DNA of 14,220 bases from Promethearchaeota archaeon (GTDB lineage Archaea; Asgardarchaeota; Lokiarchaeia; Sigyniarchaeales; SOKP01). Of the stretch, positions 1 to 8,322 are shown in pieces (positions within the stretch are counted from its first letter, which is position 1; every line of letters begins with the position of its first letter). The notes beneath the pieces are model-generated. The model had not been told where the DNA came from and ran no database searches. It saw nothing but the letters and a program-made list of their open reading frames with translations. The stretch is taken from positions 1 through 14,220 of the forward strand of contig JAFGOA010000064.1 in NCBI GenBank assembly GCA_016926735.1, written 5' to 3'. The position numbers were made by a program, and so were the translations under genes.

Positions 1-43
1 AAGAGCATCTATAAGAGATATACTGAGATAAATTCAAATCAGA

Positions 44-228
44 TTTATTTAACAATTTAGAAGATATAAAAATAGTTGAGGTTTAAATTTGAACAATCTT
101 ACTGAATAAAATTAGTAGATATTTAAATATATTATTAAAATCAAAAACTATATATGAACATAAGAAAATTAGATAAATGTCCGCTTTTTAAATAGTCCTA
201 AAACCTTATAAAATCCGGGAGAATAGTA
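44..228. repeat. Copy 1 of a duplicated bipartite non-coding element (block A 44-97, block B 184-228)
   Basis: Manual alignment: 52-97 vs 1013-1058 is 42/46 identical and 184-228 vs 1118-1162 is 38/45 identical. Order and orientation are the same; the spacers differ in length and sequence. Confidence 0.85.
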
Positions 229-423
229 GGAATATGATTCTAGATATTTTAAATCAAAATGAGGAATTTTTTATAATTTATTAACTTATTAAACATCAAA
301 TAATTAACGATAAAAGTAGAATAATAGGATTAAAAATTTAAAAGATTACATCAAAAAAAAAGAGTTTTTAAAAAAAGAATATAATAAATGTATTGCATAC
401 ATATAAACCAAATGATAACTTTT

Positions 424-957
424 TTAGGGAGTGATACTGGATACTCTCCAAACACCATCTTCCTTTATGAGAATAATTGGTTTATTCTTAACAGAAGCAC
501 CATCGTAGGCTTTAAAGAATAATTTAACTTGTGTATCAGTATTGGTAGTTATTTTTTTAGTTTCTTCGGGAGAAAATACATATTTCCTCCCATTCATTGT
601 TTTCCACCAAGAGTTAACTTTTCTTTCAAGCCATTGCATATCTCCTCTGTGACTACCCTTCCAACAATCGTTAGTTAAAGTGTCTAAGAAGAGGTCAAAA
701 TTCTCATTCATAGAACCTAAGTTTAAAGCCAAATGAGCTACTGCTGCAGGTCCAGCATTCGTAGCAATAGAGGTCATACTCTTTAAAAAATCAAGATCTA
801 ACCATTCATCGCTTATATAAGTTAAAGCATCATCAACCGCACCTTCAACAGCATCTGTTGCGGCATCTTTTATATCCTCGACTGCACCCTTAGCGGAGTC
901 AACAACATCTCCGACAGCTTTATCTGCTGCCGTCTTTAATTTATCTTTGAAACCCAT
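424..957 (-). CDS. Hypothetical protein: N-terminal 11-mer amphipathic repeats plus C-terminal NTF2-like (DUF4878-like) domain
   Basis: 177-aa ORF. N-terminus KDKLKTAADKA/VGDVVDSAKGA/VEDIKDAATDA/VEGAVDDALTY. The C-terminal PIILIKEDGVWRVSSI resembles the LxKEDGxWK(I/V) end of NTF2-like/DUF4878 proteins. The domain call is tentative. Confidence 0.75.
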   Translation of the reverse strand: MGFKDKLKTAADKAVGDVVDSAKGAVEDIKDAATDAVEGAVDDALTYISDEWLDLDFLKSMTSIATNAGPAAVAHLALNLGSMNENFDLFLDTLTNDCWKGSHRGDMQWLERKVNSWWKTMNGRKYVFSPEETKKITTNTDTQVKLFFKAYDGASVKNKPIILIKEDGVWRVSSITP

Positions 958-1003
958 TTTAATACCTTTTTTATTTTTTTTTTATTTTGTTACTAAAAAC
1001 AAT

Positions 1004-1162
1004 TTTATTTATACAATTTAGAGGATATAAAAATATTTGAGGTCTAAATTTGTACAATTTTATCTATAAATCAAATCAAGGTTTAGATAAGAATATGAAA
1101 AATCGAATAAACACTGACTTTTTAGATAGGTTTAAAACCTTATAAAATTCGCGAGGATAGTA
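1004..1162 (-). promoter_or_regulatory. Copy 2 of the duplicated element; probable promoter/operator of the 424..957 gene
   Basis: Lies directly upstream of the minus-strand ORF. A TATA-like TTTTTATA (minus strand, 1033-1026) is flanked by imperfect inverted arms TACAATTTAGA (1012-1022) and TCTAAATTTGTA (1043-1054). The repeat is seen directly; the promoter role is inference. Confidence 0.55.
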
Positions 1163-1637
1163 TATTTTATAAGATGATTGAAGAAAGAAAAGAGTATAAT
1201 TACATATTATTAACCCTTTGAAGTTTTGGTAAATGATATCTAAGATTAACTGATGATCTTATAAATATAATTAGAAATTTATAAAAAAATATTTTCCAGA
1301 AAAAAAAAGAACAATTTTTTTTATTCTTGTTTTAAATTTTGTTTTTTTTTTTTATTTAATAGTTTTCTTTTAGCGTGATAGCTCTTCTAGTTTTTTTAAT
1401 TTACAATATGAGAAAAAAAAAATTTTGTTAAACAATATGCCGGGTAATCTCTCTATTCATTGATTAAATTTAAAAATACAATAATTATCCCATATAACTC
1501 ATTTACGCAGAACTATCTTCTCAAGGTTTTTTATGTTTTTTTAAATTGAAATTCATTAGCAAAGATTAGATTTTTGGAATCAAAATATTTAAAAATTGTT
1601 AAGATTATTATGATTTTAAAAAAACCACTATAGAAAA

Positions 1638-2360
1638 ATGGATTTTTCAGATCTTTTAAATGGCACTTTATGTTTGATTTTTACTGTTATATCAATTACA
1701 ATTGGCCTAGTAGTTGCTTTAAAATATTTCAAAATTAAACAAAAATCTCTTCTATATTTTGGCTTAGCTTTTATAGGAATTGCTTCACTTTGGATGGCAA
1801 AATCAATTTCAGTTATTTATACACTATTAACTCAAGAGAACTTCGATTCAATATTATTTATGTTGATTGGAAATATTTTTTTACCAATTGCTTTCTTTTT
1901 TTGGATTCTTGTATTTGCTGAACTTGTCTATAAAAAATATAAAAGAATCCTTTCATTATGTTTTGGTATCTACAGTTTTATCATCGAATTCTCTATTATA
2001 TTTTTCATTATTACCGATTTAAATCAGATAGGATTATTTATTCCACCTATTGAAGTAAAAAATAGTTTATTGTTCTCTATATATTATTTTTCATTAATAT
2101 TTCTCATCTTAATTACCAGTATAGTATTCGGTAAAATATCTTTTAAGTCAGAAAATCCTCAGATAAGACTAAAGGGACGTTTAATTATGACAGGAGCTAG
2201 TTTATTTTTTTTAGGAGGAATATTTGAAATTTTAAGTAGCATACATATTGCTATAATGATTATTGGAAGATTGATTTTAATAATGTCTGCAATATCATAC
2301 TATACCGGTAATTTATTACCTCAGTGGGCAAAAAAGATTTTTCTTAAGACTAAATTATAG
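1638..2360 (+). CDS. Multi-pass (about 7 TM) membrane protein, stand-alone 7TM sensor-like
   Basis: 240 aa with about seven hydrophobic segments separated by short basic loops (YFKIKQK, YKKYKR, KSENPQIRLKGR) and a C-terminal LPQWAKKIF. No cytoplasmic catalytic domain. Confidence 0.85.
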   Translation: MDFSDLLNGTLCLIFTVISITIGLVVALKYFKIKQKSLLYFGLAFIGIASLWMAKSISVIYTLLTQENFDSILFMLIGNIFLPIAFFFWILVFAELVYKKYKRILSLCFGIYSFIIEFSIIFFIITDLNQIGLFIPPIEVKNSLLFSIYYFSLIFLILITSIVFGKISFKSENPQIRLKGRLIMTGASLFFLGGIFEILSSIHIAIMIIGRLILIMSAISYYTGNLLPQWAKKIFLKTKL

Positions 2361-2591
2361 ATTCACTTGTAATAAAAACTACAGAAGATTATGCTTGTAA
2401 GGATTAAGTAAAAGCTCTTTTAGGTATCTATAGTTCAATTATTTGAATAATCGCTAATGCAATATATTTAAAAAAATATCATCTTTCGATGTTAATATTG
2501 GAATTTTATTTTTAATTTTCAATAAAATTTATTGAATATTGAATAATTTACTGAATAAATTTAATGGATATTTAGATTTATTTTCTAGGGT

Positions 2592-2602
2592 AAAAAAAAA
2601 AA
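2592..2602 (-). terminator. Archaeal oligo-T terminator
   Basis: T11 run on the minus strand starting a few nt after the stop of 2609..5320. Confidence 0.55.
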
Positions 2603-2608
2603 GGGAAA

Positions 2609-2704
2609 TTATTTCTTAATTCTATGTTTATTACGTAAGAAAATCAAAACAGAGAAAATTCCAAATAGAAAAGTAAAAATGATTAGATTATAACCGGGGA
2701 TACT
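2609..2704 (-). other. C-terminal tripartite sorting signal (Loki-CTERM / PGF-CTERM-like)
   Basis: SIPGY motif (2704-2690), then TM helix NLIIFTFLFGIFSVLIFL, then basic tail RNKHRIKK. This is the standard motif-TM-basic layout of archaeal sorting tags. Confidence 0.8.
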
Positions 2705-5320
2705 TTTATTTTCCACAATTCCAACTGTAATTATAATTATATCTTCACAATAGTTATTATATGGATCATAAGCTCTTACTACTAATTCATAAGTACCTGC
2801 CTCTAAAGTAGTAATATTAGTAATTTGCCCTGTAATGTTATTAATACTAAAATTAATCTCATCACTTATCCAATAATATTCAATTCCAGAAAGATCAAAA
2901 GCACATAAATTATAATTAAAATCTTGACCAATATCTATTGATTGTGTTTTATTTAAATTAACCCAAATTGGATTAGTATTATCTAATACACTTACTTTGA
3001 TGATTGCAGTGCAATTTTGATTATATATATCAAATGCATAGATTTTAATCCAATAATCACCAATAATAAGAGAAGAATCATTTGTTATAATGCCATTTGC
3101 ATCAATATTAAAATTTGTTTGATTTATTGTATAATAATCAATTCCCAAAGGACTAAAAGCTTCAACGGTGTATGAAAAATTAGATCCAAATTCGATTGTT
3201 TGATTTTGAGGTATTTCATTCCAAATAGGTAAGGATAATGTTTTATTATTCCACAAAGGAAATCTATCTTGACTATTTGCTGAACCTTCGATATTGGTAT
3301 ATGGTAAATCTCCTATATTATCATGATTTGAATCCATACCAATATAATCGTCCCAATAATTTCCTATTGAACCATTATCCCATTGATTGTTATTTCCATC
3401 ATCTTTTGCATTTATTATATTATTGATGAATTTATTTAGATATATAGTGTTATTTTCAGAATAACTAGATATAAATAGCCCGATTTCATTATCGATAAAG
3501 ATATTTTCAAATATAACAATGTTATCAGGTCCAGTAATAAGAATGCTTGGACGATCATATCTGAATCCATTTTCTATGAATGTATTATTTCTGATAGTTC
3601 CTATATTACCAGAAAAATAACGTATACCTTCAGCACCATTTCTAAAAAAAGTATTATTATATAATAATGTATCATTCTTATTTGAAAAATATAACCCATA
3701 AACTATATTACTACTTATATTGTTATTAGCAATTTCTAAATTAGAGGTTTCTGTAAGATATAGCCCGTTTTCAGCGTTATTTTTAACATTATTATTAATT
3801 ATCTTTACATATGTATCTAATTTATATTGAGGAGAATAAGAATATATCCCATTCCCTCCATTGTCATATATATAATTTTCAATAATATCTATTGAAGAAT
3901 CAAGAACCCATATACCATCATTACCATTACTATAGATTGAATTATTAATAATAGATATACTCAGGCAACCTGAAATAGCTATTCCATATCTCCAATTATT
4001 GAATAAAAAATTATTCGATATATTAAGATAATTGCAATATTGGAAATGAACACCTAAAAGATTGTTGCTCAGTGAGTTATTATATATAGATAAATTATTA
4101 CAATAACATCCCAAAATAGGTATTGTAAAATTATTAACAGATATTTTTGAATTTATTATATTTGAATTATTACAATTCCACAAAATAATTTGTCCAGGTT
4201 CACCCTGATAGGAGAAATCAAGATTATTTAGATCTGTTTCATTATAGTAAAAATAAATAGGTTTATTATCGACTGTATTTGATGTATCTATATCTATTGT
4301 TCCATTGTTTGATTTTGCACTAATGGTAAACCCACAATTTGTCAATTTATTTCTTTCAAATTTATAGGTCTTTCCACTGATATAGAAACGGATTCCAAGG
4401 TTATATTCATCCATACTTCCCTCTATAATATTATCTGTACAATTAACATAATCACTATCCTCCCCAATATAAAGACAATATTCAAAATTCCTAATTGTAT
4501 TGTTGTTGAGAATTATAGATGAACCATTTACATAAATCCCAAATATATCTTCATAATAATATGGAGAATAATCCCTTTTAAATAGAATATTCTTCTCAAT
4601 TATAGAATTATATCCTTTTAAACTAATTCCCGTTTTCACAGTGCCAAATTGGTTTCTATATATATAAGAATTATTACAATTTATCATATTAAGACCAAAA
4701 TTCCAATAGATAGTATCGTAGACATCAATTATATTACGAATTATATATAAATTTTCACTTTCATCTATTCTAATACCACCACGGATATTTGTATCAATAA
4801 TATTATCTTGAATAGTAATGTTGATCGAAGATCTGACAAAAATTCCATAACCAAGATTAAATGAACAATTATTATTATAGATTATACCATTACTAACATT
4901 TTCAAGAACTACTCCAGCACTATAGAATTCATTATATTCTTCTGTTTTAATTGAATTATAAAGAACACAATTTGTAATATTGAAATATTTATCCGAATTA
5001 ATAATATGTATTGGTATTGAATTCTCTTTACCATCTATGGATAAATTATTAATTTTATATGGGTTATCTATTGTTCCTTCCCCAGAACACCATGACTGAT
5101 TTTCAGCCCAAGTCCAATTTTTAGCTCCAATACAAGATGCTGTGCCATTTATAAAGATTGGGTCTTCAATTTCAGCAGAATAATGTAAAAATGGACCTTT
5201 TTCTTCATTTAAAGATCTTGTATCTAAATTTCCATATGATAGAAACATAGAACTAACGACTATTACTCCCAAAAAAGAAAATAATTTTATTTGTAGAGAT
5301 TTTAATTTCATATTATTCAC
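2609..5320 (-). CDS. Cell-surface glycoprotein: signal peptide, right-handed parallel beta-helix (NosD/CASH-like) repeats, two Ig/cadherin-like domains, C-terminal sorting tag
   Basis: N-terminal hydrophobic segment; GxGTxDNPYxI lead-in; many (N/I)xxNxIxxNxxxGI repeats; GNYWDDYxGxDxNxDNIGDLPY NosD-type cap; two PIW-initiated Ig-like units starting at 3229 and 2971; more than 25 N-x-S/T sequons. Start is GTG 5320 or ATG 5311. Confidence 0.92.
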   Translation of the reverse strand: MNNMKLKSLQIKLFSFLGVIVVSSMFLSYGNLDTRSLNEEKGPFLHYSAEIEDPIFINGTASCIGAKNWTWAENQSWCSGEGTIDNPYKINNLSIDGKENSIPIHIINSDKYFNITNCVLYNSIKTEEYNEFYSAGVVLENVSNGIIYNNNCSFNLGYGIFVRSSINITIQDNIIDTNIRGGIRIDESENLYIIRNIIDVYDTIYWNFGLNMINCNNSYIYRNQFGTVKTGISLKGYNSIIEKNILFKRDYSPYYYEDIFGIYVNGSSIILNNNTIRNFEYCLYIGEDSDYVNCTDNIIEGSMDEYNLGIRFYISGKTYKFERNKLTNCGFTISAKSNNGTIDIDTSNTVDNKPIYFYYNETDLNNLDFSYQGEPGQIILWNCNNSNIINSKISVNNFTIPILGCYCNNLSIYNNSLSNNLLGVHFQYCNYLNISNNFLFNNWRYGIAISGCLSISIINNSIYSNGNDGIWVLDSSIDIIENYIYDNGGNGIYSYSPQYKLDTYVKIINNNVKNNAENGLYLTETSNLEIANNNISSNIVYGLYFSNKNDTLLYNNTFFRNGAEGIRYFSGNIGTIRNNTFIENGFRYDRPSILITGPDNIVIFENIFIDNEIGLFISSYSENNTIYLNKFINNIINAKDDGNNNQWDNGSIGNYWDDYIGMDSNHDNIGDLPYTNIEGSANSQDRFPLWNNKTLSLPIWNEIPQNQTIEFGSNFSYTVEAFSPLGIDYYTINQTNFNIDANGIITNDSSLIIGDYWIKIYAFDIYNQNCTAIIKVSVLDNTNPIWVNLNKTQSIDIGQDFNYNLCAFDLSGIEYYWISDEINFSINNITGQITNITTLEAGTYELVVRAYDPYNNYCEDIIIITVGIVENKSIPGYNLIIFTFLFGIFSVLIFLRNKHRIKK

Positions 5321-5522
5321 ATTGATTTAGTTATATAGATTAGGTTTAGAATGATTAATAAAACACATTGGACTAATAATGAAATTTTTGTCAAAAAAAA
5401 TAAGAAACTAATTATATGAAAAAGGGAAAAGATAAAATGACCTCTAAAGCAGCTAGCAGAATCCAATCTTATCCAGATAGAACTAAAAAAAATCAAGGAT
5501 TTAAATCTAGAGCTCAAAATGC

Positions 5523-5539
5523 CTTAGTGTCCTATAATT
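5523..5539 (+). repeat. IS terminal inverted repeat (downstream of transposase)
   Basis: CTTAGTGTCCTATAATT is the exact reverse complement of 6809-6825. Confidence 0.92.
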
Positions 5540-5540
5540 G

Positions 5541-6672
5541 TTACACTTCACTTGCCTTCTTTGAATAGATCCTATAAAAGTATAATTTCCGAAAGGTCCA
5601 GATGTGATCCGTGATATCAGCACTCATAAATGGCGTCTGATTTTTCCATTTCTCAGAAAGCATGCTATTTTTTATCCGTAAGGAGTGATGGGGACGAATA
5701 AAATGGTAATATCCAAAAAAAAGATACAATTGAGAGAAAAATAATTCTTTTTTTTAAGAAAATTGTAATATTTTCCGTTGAAATCTATAATTTTGTTGCA
5801 GAATAGTAAGGTTATTTCGCTCAACAGACGTGGTATTAACAGAATTACTCACAGGAGAATCTAAAAGTATTCATTTTACCTGAGGTGCAGTTCCGAAAAT
5901 AAGATGAGTGTCAATTTTTGTAACTCTACCATGTTCTCGACATTTATGACCCTGTGTGTATATCAATGATGATGGGATCTCCTTGATGGGTTTTCTTGGG
6001 CGACCTCGTTTTCCAATGTTCGAAAAGGATGTTTCAATTCCATATTCTTCTATAATCGCACAAATATACTAATCTAATTCATCACTTGTGAAATAAGGGA
6101 TTTCCTCTGAAACGCAATCTCGGATCGTATGAAGCAGTTCTATTGCTTTTGGAAGCGTTCTTTTTCCAATTGTATACGCTATAACAACATTATGGATAAG
6201 ATCAAACACAATCCAAATCCATACATCTCCACATTCACCTTCTCTGTATTCAAGGTCGGTTACATTTTTTTGTTTTTTTAATAAAACTCCACATCTCATC
6301 TAATTAATATTCCTTTAATGGATAATTCTTAAGGAAGAGACGAGAGACCTGTTCTGAGTGTGTCCCAAATCGACGGATAATTTGGGTTACTGTATCATGA
6401 TGGACATCACAGATACGAGCAGTTACCCGAGTACCATTTCCTTTAAAAAAGCAACGGATAATTGTTATGATTTTCTTTTCATGTAAATGAAAGCCAAAAA
6501 AGGGAGTTCCTTTTCGTTCAGAAAACGTTTTTTTACATGTTTTACATACAAAAAGATTTTGAGATGGTTTTGTTCCATATTTACGTCTAAAGAGGATGGT
6601 ATCTTTTCCGATGATTCCATAGAATTCACAGTGTTCATTTGGACACGCCAATTCTTTTGAAGTATCTTCCAT
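5541..6672 (-). pseudogene. Transposase pseudogene (IS1-like DDE)
   Basis: Reconstructed: CPNEHC..CKTC Zn ribbon, HTH, LDEMWSF, GDVWIW, FTSDEL, GKRGRPRKP, NTTSVERNNLT, YHFIRPHHSLR, TPFMSADITDHIW. In-frame stops at 6304-6306, 6069-6071, 5871-5873 and 5754-5756, plus a frameshift at the A7 run 6273-6279. This joins track ORFs 6304..6672, 6069..6299 and 5541..5729. Confidence 0.9.
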
Positions 6673-6808
6673 GTGCTTTTTATATTATGTTTTCTCCTCT
6701 TTTTGGGGGGAGTTTCTTTCTTGTAAGAGTTAATGTTCTATCTTATTATCTCCATAATATGAGAGGAGATAGTGTATAGTAAAAGAAGGTGGTATGCAGG
6801 TATATAAG

Positions 6809-6825
6809 AATTATAGGACACTAAG
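6809..6825 (-). repeat. IS terminal inverted repeat (upstream of transposase)
   Basis: AATTATAGGACACTAAG is the reverse complement of 5523-5539. Confidence 0.92.
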
Positions 6826-6970
6826 CAAAAAACAGCATTCAAAAATAAAAAATAATTTCTTTTTTTCTTATATTAGTTTCATTCAAACATAAAGAAAAAT
6901 TAAATTTATTCAAGTTTGAGTTTTGGAATCTTTATTCAGAGAATTATTTAAGATTGAGACAATTAAAGTT

Positions 6971-6985
6971 AAAAAGAAAAAAAAA
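6971..6985 (-). terminator. Archaeal oligo-T terminator
   Basis: T9-C-T5 on the minus strand just after the stop of 6994..7947. Confidence 0.5.
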
Positions 6986-6993
6986 CCCATTTT

Positions 6994-7947
6994 TTAATAA
7001 ATGGGAATACCCTCTTCAATACGTATTAAATCTTGTCTTGTAATCGGTGGTTCAAAATCAATATTAAATATGCATCTGGAATAACGACCATAATACATTC
7101 GAGGAGTGATTTGAGGTGTTTGGTGTTTTCTCAATAAAATCCAAAAAAGATAGTAATCTTTGGCTACAAGGTTCCATCCCGCATGAAATGCATCTTCTAC
7201 ATCAAGATTTTTTTCTTCCGTATCAAGATAATTGAAAAATCCCTTAGAAAAATAACCCTCTTTATCAATCCTATATGCTTTTTCATTTATATTACAGGAG
7301 GTCATTCCTAAACAGCACGGAACGTCATAATACATAATATTATCAACAAATGCTCCTGAATAACAAGACTCTATTAAAAATACTTTATTTCTTGACTCAT
7401 ATTCATATTTTAAATAATAGGCAAGTATAAATGACTCAAGTTTTTCATCACCAAAACCAACATAAGAAAACGATTCAACCCAAATTTCAGGAATTTCCTC
7501 ATTATAAAAAAAAGAAATAGGTTTCCCATAATCATAATATTTTCCATGAGCACAAATATATAAAAATAGCATATCTTCAGGACCTTCAATTGCATCAATA
7601 ATCTTTAAAATGCCAATAATATTATTAGGGTTAGCAATACCAAGAACTAAATCAAAATCTCTTTTTTTTAAAATCTCAATATAACGCAATACGGTTTTTT
7701 CTTTCAATACATCCGAATCAAAAAGTAATATGGCAATTTTATCTGAATGATTATTATCGATAAAACGATTAATATTGAGAATTGATGTAAATGTATTTAA
7801 ATTAATATTATTATTATTTTCAGAGGTATTGTCTTCAGAGATTACAGTATTTTTTTTAGAATTAATTATTATAGGGATAGCACTACTGAGAATCACAACC
7901 CCTATAGTAAATAAAGCTAAAAAATGATTTTTTTTTTTATACTTCAT
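6994..7947 (-). CDS. Exported/membrane-anchored clan CD cysteine peptidase (C13 legumain-like or C14 caspase-like)
   Basis: Basic N-terminus plus hydrophobic helix. Catalytic dyad motifs LFLYICAHG (His134) and VFLIESCYSGAF (Cys195), followed by GMTSC, GYFSKGF and QTPQI as in caspase/hemoglobinase-fold proteins. Confidence 0.8.
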   Translation of the reverse strand: MKYKKKNHFLALFTIGVVILSSAIPIIINSKKNTVISEDNTSENNNNINLNTFTSILNINRFIDNNHSDKIAILLFDSDVLKEKTVLRYIEILKKRDFDLVLGIANPNNIIGILKIIDAIEGPEDMLFLYICAHGKYYDYGKPISFFYNEEIPEIWVESFSYVGFGDEKLESFILAYYLKYEYESRNKVFLIESCYSGAFVDNIMYYDVPCCLGMTSCNINEKAYRIDKEGYFSKGFFNYLDTEEKNLDVEDAFHAGWNLVAKDYYLFWILLRKHQTPQITPRMYYGRYSRCIFNIDFEPPITRQDLIRIEEGIPIY

Positions 7948-8322
7948 TATTGTTGACTTCTTTTTATTAATTTTTAAAGTTTAAACATTGAATTTAAAGC
8001 TATAATTAAAATTACATTATATGCCTTAATTATATATTTTTTTTTTTATTTAATAAAATGGTCTAGTACAATATTGAAATAAAGAAAATAAATGGAAGGA
8101 TTTTTAAATAGAGATTTATAGAAAAAAAAATGGAAAAATTATGTTAATAATAATCTACTGATAGTTATTAGCAAATCTAATAAATAAATAATATTATAAA
8201 ACGATCTTCTTAACATTAAAAATATAGAAGGACGATAGTCCGTAAGTCTACCGAAAATCTTTTTAAGTTTATCTAACTTTAAGAGATAATTTATTTTAAT
8301 ACAAATAACAAAGCTAATTAAA

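Larger units (their letters stand above)
5523..6825 (-). mobile_element. IS1-family-like insertion sequence, 1303 bp, inactive
   Basis: Perfect 17-bp terminal inverted repeats enclose a fragmented Zn-ribbon/HTH/DDE transposase. The flanking 8-mers CAAAATGC (5515-5522) and CAAAAAAC (6826-6833) match at 6/8 and may be an eroded target duplication. Confidence 0.9.

Noticed and set aside
2419-2442. LGIYSSII-coding stretch resembling FGIYSFII in the upstream 7TM gene
   Set aside because: The match is too short and does not extend, so a duplication remnant cannot be supported.
2518-2536. Palindrome TTCAATAAA-A-TTTATTGAA between convergent genes
   Set aside because: Nearly all A/T, single occurrence and not upstream of a gene; plausible by chance at this composition.
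3238-3426. 62-aa plus-strand ORF
   Set aside because: Antisense shadow inside the 903-aa gene with no motif.
5317-5517. 66-aa minus-strand ORF, and a broken plus-strand frame from 5416 (MKREKIK*PLKQLAES...)
   Set aside because: Low-complexity AT-rich translation with no recognisable family and no convincing continuation across the IS.
5541-6306. Stop-codon recoding or selenocysteine/pyrrolysine readthrough in the transposase
   Set aside because: All three stop types occur together with a frameshift, and other genes use these stops normally; decay is simpler.
6694-6771. Short hairpins in the IS leader (CTCC..GGAG; TATCTCC-N11-GGAGATA)
   Set aside because: Stems of 7 bp or less; no function can be assigned without other copies.
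7410-7598. 62-aa ORF
   Set aside because: Alternate frame nested in the peptidase gene.
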